Below, in pieces: positions 27,525-37,660 of a DNA stretch of 64,000 nucleotides (the first letter of the stretch is position 1; every line of letters starts with the position of its first letter). The notes below the pieces were generated by a model, which searched no databases, was not told the DNA's origin, and worked only from the letters and a program-made list of their open reading frames with translations. The position numbers were made by a program, and so were the translations under genes. The DNA lies in contig JANRJK010000017.1 of the NCBI GenBank assembly GCA_033764015.1, forward strand, positions 75,202-139,201, written 5' to 3'. Source of the DNA: Candidatus Sumerlaeia bacterium (GTDB lineage: Bacteria; Sumerlaeota; Sumerlaeia; SLMS01; JANRJK01).

Positions 27525-30500
27525 CTAGACCACGTAGTACACGCACTCCGGGTGGTGGAAGACGATCGCGACGGTGCTCTGCTCGGGAACGAGTTGGAAG
27601 TTCTCCGTGAGGCGGACGCCGAGTTGCTCCTCGACCGGGAGGATGCGCCAGACGAGCGCGTGGTCCTCGAGGTTGGGGCAGGCGCTGTAGCCGAAGCTGT
27701 AGCGCTTCCCGCGGTTTTCCGGGATGCCCCAGAGTTCCTGCAGGCGCTTGTGGTTCCAGGCGGCGAGCGCCTCGGCGGTTTCCGTGGCGAAGCCGTGGAA
27801 GAAATACGCCTTGGTGACGTCGCCGGCGGCGTGCCACTCGTCGTAAAGCTCGCTCGCCTTCGGCCCGACGGTGACCACCTGGAGCGCGATCATGTCCTTC
27901 TCGCCGCTGTCGACGGGGCGGACGTAGTCGCTGAGGCAGAGGAACTCGTCGCGGCCCTGGCGCGGGAAGTCGAAGCGCCCGATCTCGAGCTCCGTGTTCT
28001 CCGGCGAGTAGACCACGAGCTGGTTCCCCTCCGCGGCGGCGGGGTAGAAGCCGTAGAGCACGCGGGGCTGGAGCCACTTGAAGCGCTTCGCCTCTCGTTG
28101 CAGCTCGGAGAGCTTGGGCATGAACTGGTCGCGGACCGTGCGGTCGTACTCGTCGCCGCGCTGGCCCTTGGCGCCCCAGCCCACGCGGAAGAGCTGCGTG
28201 TGGTCGAGGTGCTTCCAGACCTCGTCGAGGGGGATGCCGTCGAGGAGCTTCCAACCGAGGAAGGGGGCCTCGGGGAGGGGCACGTCGCGGCGGACCTTGC
28301 TGCGCTGGGCGGCGCCGTTCGAGGCGCCGTTCGCGGCGGGCGCTGCGGCCTTCGCGGTCTCGAGCTCGCGCTGGTGGACGGCTTCGGCGTGGATGCGTCC
28401 GACGAACTCCGCGCGGCGGTCGCTCATCAGCGTGTCCATGATGTCGAGGCCCTCGAACGCGTCCTTGGCGTAGAACACGCCGGGGGCGTAGCGCTTCGAC
28501 GTGTCCGCGGGGTCGTCGCCGAGGAACATCGTGCGGCGCCCGAAGCTGCGGTTGATCGCCGCGCCTCCGATGATGACGGGGAAGGTGAGCCCTTGGCCTG
28601 CCAGCTCGCGCACGCAGACGGGCATCTGCTTCGACGTCGAGACGAGCAGCGCGGAAAGGCCGATCGCGTCCGCGCCGACCTCCTTCGCCTTCTCGATGAT
28701 CGTCTGCACGGGGACCTGCTTGCCGATGTCGTACACCGTGTAGCCGTTGTTCGTGAGGATCGTGTTCACGAGGTTCTTGCCGATGTCGTGGACGTCGCCG
28801 AAGACGGTGGCGAGGACCAGCTTCCCCTTCGTGACGCCCTCCTTCTTCTCGAGGTACTGCTCGAGCGCGGCGACGCACTTCTTCATCACCTCGGCGCTTT
28901 GGAGGACGAAGGGGAGGATCAGCTCGCCGGCGCCGAACTTGTCGCCGACCTCCTTCATCGCGGGGAGGAGGACGGTGTTGAGCGTTTCGACCGCGTCGCG
29001 CTTGTGCGTGCCGATCAGCGCGTGGACGCACTTGTCCGCGTCCTGCGGCTTGCGGTGGAGGATCTTGTAGTGGATCGCGCGGGCGAGGCCCTCCGCGTCG
29101 TCCCAGTCGATTGCGTCCTCGCGGACCGCGGCGACCGTGGCGGCGCCGGACTTGCCTTCGAAGTGCTCGATGAGGCGCGCGAGCGCGTCCGGACGGCGGT
29201 CGTAGACCAGGTCGTCGGCCAGCTCGCGCTCCGCGCCTGGGATCTCGAAGTACGGCAGCACGTGCGCGGCGTTGATGATCGCGGAGTCGAGCCCCGCGGC
29301 CATGCAGTGGTGGAGGAACACGGAGTTGACCACGGGGCGGGCCGCCTTCGGCAGGCCGAAGCTGACGTTCGACACGCCGAGCGTGGTGAGCGCGCCGGGG
29401 AGCTTCGCCTTGATCGCGCGGATGCCGTCGATGGTCTCGATGGCGGAACGGCGGAACTCCTCCTCGCCGGTGGCGAGCGTGAACGTGAGCGCGTCGAAGA
29501 CGAGGCGGCCCGGTTCGAGGCCGTACTCGCCCACGCAGATGTCGTAGATCTTCTTCGCGACCTTGAACTTCACGTCGGCGGTCTTCGCCATGCCGCCTTC
29601 CGACTTGTCGATCGTGAGGGCGATCACGCTGGCGCCGTGGTCGATCACGAGCGGCATCACCTGGTCGATGCGCTCGCGTCCGTTCTCGAGGTTGATCGAG
29701 TTCACCACCGCCGCGCCGGGGTACTGCTTGAGCGCCGTCTCGATCACCGAGGGTTCCGTCGAGTCGATGACGAGCGGCGCGTCGACGGACTGGGCGACCA
29801 GCTTGACCGTGCGGCGCATCTGCTCGTCCTCGTCGGCGCGCTCCGTGAGCGCGGTGCAGACGTCGAGCAGGTGCGCGCCGCCGTCGACCTGCGACACCGC
29901 GATGGGCACCAGTTCATCGTAGTTGTCGGCGAGGAGCAGCTCCTTCACCTTCTTCGAGCCCTGCGCGTTGAGGCGCTCGCCGAAGAGCGTGACCGTGCCG
30001 TCCTGCTTGAGGGCGACAGCCTTCATGGGGCTGGCGGCGAAGATGCGGCGCGGCTCGGCGAGGGCTTCGCGCCAGCGCGCGCGCCCGGCGAGTCCGCGCA
30101 CCGCCTCCGCCGCCGCGGCGATGTGGTCCGGCGTCGTGCCGCAGCAGCCGCCGACGATGTTCAGGCCGTTCTCGCGGGCGAACTCGCCGAGCAGTTCCGC
30201 GAAGGGCTTCGGCTTCATCGGGTACACGGTGCGCCCGCCCTCGTTGAGCGGCAGGCCCGCGTTCGGGATGCAGGAGACGGCGAGGCGGCCGTTCTCGCAC
30301 AGGTAGCGCACCGGGTCGCGCAGGTAGTCCGGGCCGACGCCGCAGTTCATGCCGACCACATCGACGCCGAGGCCGTCGAGCGTCCAGTACCAGGAGCCGA
30401 TGTCGTTGCCGAGGAGCATGCGCCCGGTGAGGTCCAGGCTGGCCTGCACCATGATCGGCACGCGGCGCGCGACATCGAGCATGGCCTGCTTCACGCCGTA

Positions 30501-31025
30501 GATGGCGGCGCGCGCCTCCAGCGCGTCCACCACCGTCTCGATCAGCAGCGCGTCGACGCCGCCCTCGATCAGGCCGCGGGCCTGCTCGCGGAAGAGGTGC
30601 GCCAGCTCGTCGAAGCGGATCTGCCCCAGCATCGGGTCGTTGGTGCTGGGCATCATGCCGGTGGGGCCCATGGAGCCGACGACGAAGCGCGGCCGCTCGG
30701 GCGTGGCGAATTCGTCGCAGACCTCGCGGGCGAGCCGCGCGGCGGCGACGTTCTGCTGGTGGACGATCCCGCCGACGCCGTACTCGTCGAGCTTGAGGCG
30801 CGTGGAGCCGAAGCTGTTGGTTTCGACCGCGTCCGCGCCGGCCTTGAGGAAGTTTCGGTGCACCGTCTTCACGACGTCGGGGCGTGTCTGGCAGAGGTAG
30901 TCGTTGGCGCCGTCCTTGCCGCCGAAGTCCTCCGGTTTGAGGTCCATCGCCTGCAGCGACGTGCCCATGGCGCCGTCGAATACGATGATCTTCTCGTTCA
31001 GGACTTCAAGGAACCGGCTCTTCAT
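27525..31025 (-). CDS. metH: Cobalamin-dependent methionine synthase
   Basis: DGAMGT, GMNC, GGCCGTTP, GERLN, GDVHDIGKN (B12 binding), RYSFGYSACP. Confidence 0.95.
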   Translation of the reverse strand: MKSRFLEVLNEKIIVFDGAMGTSLQAMDLKPEDFGGKDGANDYLCQTRPDVVKTVHRNFLKAGADAVETNSFGSTRLKLDEYGVGGIVHQQNVAAARLAREVCDEFATPERPRFVVGSMGPTGMMPSTNDPMLGQIRFDELAHLFREQARGLIEGGVDALLIETVVDALEARAAIYGVKQAMLDVARRVPIMVQASLDLTGRMLLGNDIGSWYWTLDGLGVDVVGMNCGVGPDYLRDPVRYLCENGRLAVSCIPNAGLPLNEGGRTVYPMKPKPFAELLGEFARENGLNIVGGCCGTTPDHIAAAAEAVRGLAGRARWREALAEPRRIFAASPMKAVALKQDGTVTLFGERLNAQGSKKVKELLLADNYDELVPIAVSQVDGGAHLLDVCTALTERADEDEQMRRTVKLVAQSVDAPLVIDSTEPSVIETALKQYPGAAVVNSINLENGRERIDQVMPLVIDHGASVIALTIDKSEGGMAKTADVKFKVAKKIYDICVGEYGLEPGRLVFDALTFTLATGEEEFRRSAIETIDGIRAIKAKLPGALTTLGVSNVSFGLPKAARPVVNSVFLHHCMAAGLDSAIINAAHVLPYFEIPGAERELADDLVYDRRPDALARLIEHFEGKSGAATVAAVREDAIDWDDAEGLARAIHYKILHRKPQDADKCVHALIGTHKRDAVETLNTVLLPAMKEVGDKFGAGELILPFVLQSAEVMKKCVAALEQYLEKKEGVTKGKLVLATVFGDVHDIGKNLVNTILTNNGYTVYDIGKQVPVQTIIEKAKEVGADAIGLSALLVSTSKQMPVCVRELAGQGLTFPVIIGGAAINRSFGRRTMFLGDDPADTSKRYAPGVFYAKDAFEGLDIMDTLMSDRRAEFVGRIHAEAVHQRELETAKAAAPAANGASNGAAQRSKVRRDVPLPEAPFLGWKLLDGIPLDEVWKHLDHTQLFRVGWGAKGQRGDEYDRTVRDQFMPKLSELQREAKRFKWLQPRVLYGFYPAAAEGNQLVVYSPENTELEIGRFDFPRQGRDEFLCLSDYVRPVDSGEKDMIALQVVTVGPKASELYDEWHAAGDVTKAYFFHGFATETAEALAAWNHKRLQELWGIPENRGKRYSFGYSACPNLEDHALVWRILPVEEQLGVRLTENFQLVPEQSTVAIVFHHPECVYYVV

Positions 31026-31235
31026 CAAGGGGCTAAACCTGTTCGGTCGGGATGGCGGCGCGCGGCCTTGCGCCGCGGGCGGCACCGTTGCACCACGCGC
31101 GCCGCGCCATCGGCAAGGCGATTGAGGGGCGGGGCAGGGGTGTGTGCGGCAACCCCGCGCCGACGCGACGCGGCTTGACGACGGGCGCGCGGTCGCCGCG
31201 ACATGGGCGCACCCCAGACGAAGGTCCCTCCAACC

Positions 31236-32459
31236 ATGCGCGTGCTGATGGTGTCGCCGCATTTCCCCGCCGAGCAGGAGCAGTTCTCCCGGGCACTGAA
31301 GGAGACGGGCGCGGAGCTCTACGCCATCGCCGACGTGCCGGAGCAGCAGCTCCCCGGGCATGTGCGCGGCTACCTTTCCGGCTACATGCACGTGCCGAGC
31401 CTCTTCGAGGAGCAGGCGATCGTCGATGCCGCCGCCGCGTGGCTCCGCGGGCGCGAGCCGGAGCGGATCGAGTGCCTTTGGGAGCCGTTCGTGCTGCTGG
31501 CCGCGCGCCTGCGCGAGCGCTTCGGCGTCCCGGGGATGAGCTACGAGGTGATCCGCGCGTTCCGCGACAAGGACCTGATGAAGAAGAAGGTCCGCGCGGC
31601 GGGGCTGCGCGTGCCCAAGTCCGAGCGCGCCCGCACCGTGAACGAGATCTGGGCCGCCATCGAACGAATCGGCTATCCGGTCATCGTGAAGCCGATCGCC
31701 GGCGCCGGTTCGGCGGACACCTACCGCCTCGATTCGAAGGGCGAGACCGAGGCGATCCTGCCGCGCATCGCCCACGTCGAGGAGGTCAACGTCGAGGAGT
31801 TCATCACCGGCGACGAGTTCACCTTCGACGCCGTGTCGATCAACGGCAAGGCGGCGTTCCACAGCGTGAGCCAGTACCACCCGTGCCCGCTCGACGCGCG
31901 CTCCCACGAGTGGATCTCCCCGGGCCAGATCACCTTCCGCGACCCGGACCGGGAGGCGCGCATCGCGCCCGGCGTGAAGCTCGGCCACGACATCCTCCGC
32001 GCCATGGAAATGGGCACTGGCTTCACGCACATGGAGTGGTTCCTCACGCCCGCCGGCGAAGCGGTCTTCAGCGAGATCGGCGTCCGCAACGGCGGCGGCC
32101 ATCTGGTGGACATGATGAACTACTCGAACGACTTCGACGTGTTCCGGGGCTGGGCGCAGGCGGTGATGCGCGGCCGGTTCGAGGAGCCGATCCAGCGCAA
32201 GTACCACGTCGGCATGACGTTCAAGCGGGCCGAGGGGCAGGGCTACATCCGGCACATCGAGGGCATGGACCGGGTGCGCGCCCGCCTCGGCGCCGCGCTG
32301 GTCTGGGACAACCTGCTCCCCGTCGGCGCGCACCGCCGCGACTGGACCAAGACGCTGCTGAGCGACGGCTTCCTCTGCTTCCGGCACGAGAGCTACAGCG
32401 AGGTGCGCGCGATGCTCGAGTTCGCCGTGAACAACGTGCGGATGTACGCGTCGCCCTGA
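31236..32459 (+). CDS. ATP-grasp domain protein
   Basis: FRDKDLMK, GYPVIVKP..GAGS, VEEFI.G.E, THMEWF, SEIGVR.GG. Confidence 0.8.
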   Translation: MRVLMVSPHFPAEQEQFSRALKETGAELYAIADVPEQQLPGHVRGYLSGYMHVPSLFEEQAIVDAAAAWLRGREPERIECLWEPFVLLAARLRERFGVPGMSYEVIRAFRDKDLMKKKVRAAGLRVPKSERARTVNEIWAAIERIGYPVIVKPIAGAGSADTYRLDSKGETEAILPRIAHVEEVNVEEFITGDEFTFDAVSINGKAAFHSVSQYHPCPLDARSHEWISPGQITFRDPDREARIAPGVKLGHDILRAMEMGTGFTHMEWFLTPAGEAVFSEIGVRNGGGHLVDMMNYSNDFDVFRGWAQAVMRGRFEEPIQRKYHVGMTFKRAEGQGYIRHIEGMDRVRARLGAALVWDNLLPVGAHRRDWTKTLLSDGFLCFRHESYSEVRAMLEFAVNNVRMYASP

Positions 32460-32553
32460 GCCGCTCCCCGGCGGGTGGAAACGAAACCGGGGAGCCGGCT
32501 TGCGCCGACTCCCCGGGGATATGGATCGCGGCGCGCCGTTCGGGCGCGGCGGG

Positions 32554-32820
32554 TTACTTCTTCGCGGCGGCGATCGCCTTGGACTTCTCGAAGCGCTTGC
32601 GGAACGCGTCGACGCGCCCCGCGGTGTCCACGAGGATGTTCTTCCCGCTGTAGAACGGGTGGTTGTCGCTGCAGATTTCGAGGAACACGCTGGGGAGTTC
32701 CTTGCCTTCGAACTTCGCCTTCGGGCCGTTGAGCTTGGTCGAGCGGGTCAGGATCTCCGTGCCCGAGGCGGGGCAGCGGTAGACGACGAACTCGTACTTC
32801 GGGTGGATCTTGTCCTTCAT
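32554..32820 (-). CDS. rpmE: 50S ribosomal protein L31
   Basis: MKDKIHPKY, TRST, EICSDNHPFYSGK, DTAGRVDAFRKRF. Confidence 0.93.
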   Translation of the reverse strand: MKDKIHPKYEFVVYRCPASGTEILTRSTKLNGPKAKFEGKELPSVFLEICSDNHPFYSGKNILVDTAGRVDAFRKRFEKSKAIAAAKK

Positions 32821-33062
32821 CGGAGGGCTTCCTTTTTCTGCGGGGGCCTCATTGGTTCGGCGCCGTGGCGACGGAGGATTTCCGCATGGTCTTCCGGCGC
32901 GAGCGTCGTGGCTTCGTCGATGAGCATGACCGGGATGCCGCCCTCGATCCGGTACGCGCGTCGCGTCTCGGGGTCGGTGCTCACCAGCCGTCCACCGTCG
33001 AGCACCAGCGGTGCTCGCGATAGGGGGCAGGCGAGTATGTCGAGCAGGTCACGGGGAATCAT
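32817..33062 (-). CDS. Trm112-like protein
   Basis: LLDILACP....L......L......AYRIEGGIPVMLIDEA. Confidence 0.82.
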   Translation of the reverse strand: MIPRDLLDILACPLSRAPLVLDGGRLVSTDPETRRAYRIEGGIPVMLIDEATTLAPEDHAEILRRHGAEPMRPPQKKEALR

Positions 33063-33264
33063 CGGCGGGCCCTTTCCGCGCCAAGTGGAAATGCTTGCTG
33101 GGTGGGAGCGCGGCCACGCAAGGACAATCGCCCGGGAAGGCGCGCCCGCCGGGGGGCGACTCCGATTGCCCGCGGGGACGCCGGGGGCGCCTTCATGGGA
33201 TGCTGCGGCGGCGCCGGGCCGGTCCGAACCCGCAGACGGAACACTCCCCCGAGGATCCCCTCCC

Positions 33265-33642
33265 ATGAGCCTCATCGACATGCTGCGCGGCAACGCCACG
33301 GAGGCGGACGCCGAGAAGATCCGCAAGGAACTGGAGCCGCTGCTCGTGCCCGGCGAGGAGGTCGAGCGCGCGTACCGCCTGGTGCGCGACCTGATCGTCT
33401 TCACCACGCACCGCCTCATCTTCGTCGACAAGCAGGGCGTCAGCGGAACCAAGGTCGAGTGGATGTCGATCCCCTACAACAAGGTGACCCGCTTCAGCGC
33501 CGAGACCGCCGGCCTGATGGACTTCGACGCCGAGTTCCGCGTCTGGGTCGGCTCGTCGGAGGCGCCGATCCGCATCGAGGTGGGGCGCAGCGTGCCCGTC
33601 GCGGACCTGCTGAAGGTGCTCGGCAGCCACGTGCTGCGCTAG
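33265..33642 (+). CDS. Bacterial PH domain protein (bPH_1)
   Basis: RDLIVFTTHRLIFVDKQGVSG.KVE..SIPY, ETAG..D.DAE. Confidence 0.85.
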   Translation: MSLIDMLRGNATEADAEKIRKELEPLLVPGEEVERAYRLVRDLIVFTTHRLIFVDKQGVSGTKVEWMSIPYNKVTRFSAETAGLMDFDAEFRVWVGSSEAPIRIEVGRSVPVADLLKVLGSHVLR

Positions 33643-33678
33643 CCCGCCGCAACCGGGGGCTGGAGTACCGCCGCGTTG

Positions 33679-33951
33679 TTAGCCGGATGGGCGTCGCCGT
33701 TCCCAGAAATCCGCCGACTCGAGGACCTCGACGATTTCGAAGTCGACGAGGTCCTCCCAGTGGCGCGTCCAGCCGGCGAGGGCCTCCCGGTTCGGCGCTT
33801 CCATGAGCTGGTAGCAGACGGAGCCGTCGGGGACGATCCAACTCGCGATGTAGTGGACGTCCCCGGGCATCATGCGTCCCCGCGTGCGGAAGCGTTCGCC
33901 GGTCGGGCCGATGTCCCCGCCGCGGAACCTTTCGATGATCATGAACCTCAC
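33679..33951 (-). CDS. DUF3303-like small protein
   Basis: FMIIERF, RF...GRMMP, YIASW, CYQLME, W...WEDLVDFEIV. Confidence 0.75.
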   Translation of the reverse strand: MRFMIIERFRGGDIGPTGERFRTRGRMMPGDVHYIASWIVPDGSVCYQLMEAPNREALAGWTRHWEDLVDFEIVEVLESADFWERRRPSG

Positions 33952-33982
33952 AAGGTCTCCTCCAGCCGGCTGTGTCGTGGAC

Positions 33983-36900
33983 TCAGTCCATGAGATCCCA
34001 GTCTTGGACCGAAGTGCTCGCATTGCCCGCCCACCATTCCGAGAAGGTGGCCACCGGGCCAAAGGTGATCGCGGAGCCACCCACGGTCGCCGGATGCTCG
34101 TCCACGACAATGCCGGCTTCGATTTGGAAGACCGTGTCGATGACCCCGTTGAGCCCATCGGCGCTGGCGGGATCGTAGGCCCAGAGGAAGGTCGCTTGGG
34201 CGCCGCTGATATCGCCGGAGATTTCGAGGTACTCGTCGATGAGCCGCGAGGGTGTCATGCCCGCGGGCGCCGCCGTGCTGAAGCGGCGGTTCACGGTCAT
34301 CGTGGCCCCGGGGTCGGGAGAGCCGGCCACCGTGGCCGTCACGTCCAGCTCGTTGGTCATGGGGAACGGATAGCTTCCGGGCGCGGAGATCTCGTGGGTG
34401 AACGGCCCGGCGTCGGCGTTGTACACGACCGTTAGGAGCGTCGTCGGAGCCGCGCTGGCATTGCCCGCCAGGTCCGTTGCCGACACGGCGAGTTCGTATA
34501 CACCGTCGCTGGCCGGCGCGAACGCCACCGCCGCGGCGGTGCCGGGAAGCGCGGCGAAGGGGGTGAACGCACCGGCGCCGGCCTCGCGGACCAGCAGCGT
34601 CGCGGCGGCGATCCCCGCGCCGCCCTCCCCCGGGTTGTAGTCGACCGTGACCGGCGCGGGACCGACCCGCGTCGCGTCGAAGGTCCCCAGCGCGGGCTCG
34701 GGCGCCGTGAGGTCGACGACCACGGTGATGGTGATGTCCTCCGCCGTGGCGTTGCCCGCGGGGTCGGTGGCGCCTCCCGCGGGGACGGTGAGCGTGACGG
34801 GGCCTTCGCCCGCGGCTAGGATGTCGAAGGTGAACGAGCCGCCGGCGGACAGCGAGCCTTGGATCGATCCGTTCGAGACGACGACGCTGCCGGCTCCGAA
34901 CCCGGGCGCCGGGGTTTCCGAAAGGATTAAGTCGACCGAGAACGCGAGGCTGTTCGTGGCGTCTCCGAACGCGGTGGAGAAGGCGCCCGCAGGGGCGGTC
35001 CCGATTCCGCCGCCCACATCGGTGAGCGCGGTCCGGAAGCCGAGCGAGTTCTGGCGGTTGTCCCGGAGGAACGCGGACACGGCCACCGTCGCGTCGCCGC
35101 CCTGGAGCATCTCGCCGGTGTTCCATGTGAGGATGCGCTGCAGCGGCGTCCCCGCGGCGACGGAATCGGGGGTGGCGGATAGGCTTCCCCGCGCGCTGCC
35201 TGCCAACGTGTAGCTCCCGGGGAAGAGGTCCTGGTTCTCCACTGGCTCGCTAAAGGTCACGGTGATCTCGCGGGGACCGGTTACTTCGACCCCGGTCACC
35301 GTGGGGGTGCTGTTGAATAGGAGCGTCGCAATCCCGTTACCCGAGTTCGCCGCCGCGAGATCCGGCGACCCGTTGCCATCGATGTCGCCGACCGCCAGCC
35401 GTTTTGGAAAGTTGGCCGCCTCATACCCGGGGAGCGCCGCGAAGATTAGCGAGCCGAAGTTGCCGATGACCGAGATGGTGTTCTCGTCGGCCACGGCGAC
35501 GGCGAGGTCGAGATCGCCGTCGCCGTCGAGGTCGACGGTGCGGGCGTGCTTGTTGCCGGAGCCGGTCGGGACGCCCGCTGCGAGTGTGAACCCGCCGGGC
35601 CCGGAGTTGTGGTAGACGCGCGTGTGGGTGTCCCCGTTGTGGGGCACGATCAGTTCCGGGCGTCCATCGCCATCGAGATCGGCGAGTTCGATGCCGTGGG
35701 GCTGATCGAGCGTCGCAACCGTCGCCACGGAGAAGGTGCCGCCGTTGTTCGTGTAGACCGCGACCAAGTCCGCGGCTTGGAGGGCCACGGCGAGATCCGT
35801 GTCTCCGTCGTTGTCGATGTCCCCCTGGGCGAGCGCGGTTGGTTGACCACCCTGCGCAAGCGAAGGTTGGAGGACAAACCCGCCGTTCCCGTCGTTCAGC
35901 AGCACCCGCAACTGGTTCAGCGTCGTCAGCGAGACAACCAGGTCCTCCCCATTCACGCCGTCAACCTCGAGCGCCTCCACCTCGCCGGTGATTCCCGGGA
36001 TCGGCATCGCGTGCGAAGAAGCGAGGCTGTATGTGCCCGATCCGTCGTTCTCGAAAATCTGGAGGCTCCCGGTGTTTGCGAGCGAGGCGAGATCCGTGTC
36101 GCCGTCCCGGTCCGTGTCGAGGAGGGTGAAGCGCTGGATGCCGATGGAGCCTGCGATGGATTCGGAGGCCGAGAAGGCGCCCGATCCGGTGTTTCTGCGG
36201 AGGACCACGGCGGCACCCGATTGCGTGCCACAGAAGAGGTCGACGTCACCGTCACCGTCCGCGTCGGCCGCGTCGATGTCCACAAACGGCGGGCCGATGG
36301 CGAGCGACTCCGCGAGGTGAACGCCCCCCGCCGCGTCTCCCATGAAGGTGCTGAGGCCGTTCGCCCCGGCGATGACGAAGTCGGGCGCCGCATCGTTGCC
36401 GAGCATGCCCGCGCTTACGTGGGTCGGAGGCAGTCCGTGGCGGAGGACGAAGGGCGTTGTGTTGAACGCGCCCGTACCTAGGTTGTGGTAAATCCCGCTA
36501 TGCGAGCCGATGTTGCTCACCACCAACAAGTCCAAGTCCCCGTCCAGGTCCACGTCTCCGGCGGCGAGTGGACCGGGCTGTGTGATCCCGGTGAGCGCCG
36601 CCAGGTCGGTGACCGACACCACGTCGTTGCGGATGATCCGGAGCTGGCCGGAGCCGCCCTGCGCCAGCACCATGTCATCGTCGCCGTCGCCATCGAGATC
36701 CACCGGCAGCTCGCCGGTCTGGGTGGCTGAAGGGATGATCGATGGCGAGTTGAACGATGTCCCGTTGTTGATCGCCCTCAGGAACGGCGCCGCGCCCAAA
36801 GCGCGCCCGAACAAGTCGGGACGACCGTCGGCGTTCAGGTTCGCCTCGTGGAGGCGGAAGGGAGTGCTCGACGCGGAAACCGGGGCGTTCGCCGAGAAAT

Positions 36901-37429
36901 CGCCCGCGTTGTCCCCATAGAACACATCGAGCGCGGCGGCTCCCGTGGAGACGATGTCCAGACCGTCGGAACCATCCACCTGCATGAGCACGACGTCGTA
37001 CGAGGGGTTTGAAGTCGCGAGGACCGTTCCCGCAGTCATGACGCCGAACCCGTCATTCAGGAGCACACGGACGCCCGATGTTCCGGTAAGGCCGACAACC
37101 AGATCCGTGTCCGAATCGCCGTCGAGGTCACCCGCTGCGATCGGGTTGGGCGAGTTGACCACGGTGGTTTGCAGCGGCGGCAGGAGGCTGCCGTCCGGGA
37201 GCCCAAGGTAGACGAGGACAAGGCTGCTGGCGGGAATCGTCGCGGCGACGTCGGAAACCCCGTCGTTATTGAGGTCGGCGATCACTGTCTCCGAGACCGC
37301 GCTGGCGGTTCGGTAATCGACCCGGACGTTGTCGAAGAGCCGCTGCGCGGGCGCGGTCCGCGCAAGGACGCCTGAAATGACGAGGGCAGCGGCGAGGGCT
37401 CGGCGGCTGCGGAAGAGCTTGGTGTTCAT
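33983..37429 (-). CDS. Secreted FG-GAP/VCBS repeat protein with Ig-like C-terminal domains
   Basis: Signal peptide; many (G)DxDGDGDxDL repeats; ATDPAGN/ATDLAGN Ig-like strands; ends TSVQDWDLMD. Confidence 0.85.
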   Translation of the reverse strand: MNTKLFRSRRALAAALVISGVLARTAPAQRLFDNVRVDYRTASAVSETVIADLNNDGVSDVAATIPASSLVLVYLGLPDGSLLPPLQTTVVNSPNPIAAGDLDGDSDTDLVVGLTGTSGVRVLLNDGFGVMTAGTVLATSNPSYDVVLMQVDGSDGLDIVSTGAAALDVFYGDNAGDFSANAPVSASSTPFRLHEANLNADGRPDLFGRALGAAPFLRAINNGTSFNSPSIIPSATQTGELPVDLDGDGDDDMVLAQGGSGQLRIIRNDVVSVTDLAALTGITQPGPLAAGDVDLDGDLDLLVVSNIGSHSGIYHNLGTGAFNTTPFVLRHGLPPTHVSAGMLGNDAAPDFVIAGANGLSTFMGDAAGGVHLAESLAIGPPFVDIDAADADGDGDVDLFCGTQSGAAVVLRRNTGSGAFSASESIAGSIGIQRFTLLDTDRDGDTDLASLANTGSLQIFENDGSGTYSLASSHAMPIPGITGEVEALEVDGVNGEDLVVSLTTLNQLRVLLNDGNGGFVLQPSLAQGGQPTALAQGDIDNDGDTDLAVALQAADLVAVYTNNGGTFSVATVATLDQPHGIELADLDGDGRPELIVPHNGDTHTRVYHNSGPGGFTLAAGVPTGSGNKHARTVDLDGDGDLDLAVAVADENTISVIGNFGSLIFAALPGYEAANFPKRLAVGDIDGNGSPDLAAANSGNGIATLLFNSTPTVTGVEVTGPREITVTFSEPVENQDLFPGSYTLAGSARGSLSATPDSVAAGTPLQRILTWNTGEMLQGGDATVAVSAFLRDNRQNSLGFRTALTDVGGGIGTAPAGAFSTAFGDATNSLAFSVDLILSETPAPGFGAGSVVVSNGSIQGSLSAGGSFTFDILAAGEGPVTLTVPAGGATDPAGNATAEDITITVVVDLTAPEPALGTFDATRVGPAPVTVDYNPGEGGAGIAAATLLVREAGAGAFTPFAALPGTAAAVAFAPASDGVYELAVSATDLAGNASAAPTTLLTVVYNADAGPFTHEISAPGSYPFPMTNELDVTATVAGSPDPGATMTVNRRFSTAAPAGMTPSRLIDEYLEISGDISGAQATFLWAYDPASADGLNGVIDTVFQIEAGIVVDEHPATVGGSAITFGPVATFSEWWAGNASTSVQDWDLMD

Positions 37430-37469
37430 GGGTGGTGCCATTCTCCGAGGCTGGTTAGCGCCGCCGCCG

Positions 37470-37485
37470 TACGTTCTGCGCCGTA
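37470..37485. promoter_or_regulatory. TACG-N8-CGTA box 1 (putative BlaI operator)
   Basis: TACGTTCTGCGCCGTA in leader of FG-GAP gene. Confidence 0.6.
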
Positions 37486-37562
37486 GGTTCGGCCCGTGAA
37501 GTGGAGGCCGGTTGGTGGGTCCCGCGGCGGAGTGCTTGATCAGAGGCGACCTTGTTGCGTGT

Positions 37563-37591
37563 AGTGTCGTACGAATTGCCACGTATGTCAA
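37563..37591 (-). promoter_or_regulatory. Promoter TTGACA-17-GACACT with TACG-N8-CGTA box 2 (37570-37585) in the spacer
   Basis: Minus strand TTGACA TACGTGGCAATTCGTA C GACACT. Confidence 0.7.
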
Positions 37592-37660
37592 CCGGGGGAT
37601 TTCGGAATCCGAAACCGGCCCCCTAGGCTGCCGGTCTCGGATTCCGATCGAGGCGGTAGG

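Noticed and set aside
27552..31178. 1208-aa plus-strand ORF and the long N-terminal extension of the 1620-aa metH ORF
   Set aside because: Antisense shadows of metH and the ATP-grasp gene; MetH homology starts at MKSRFLEV (31025).
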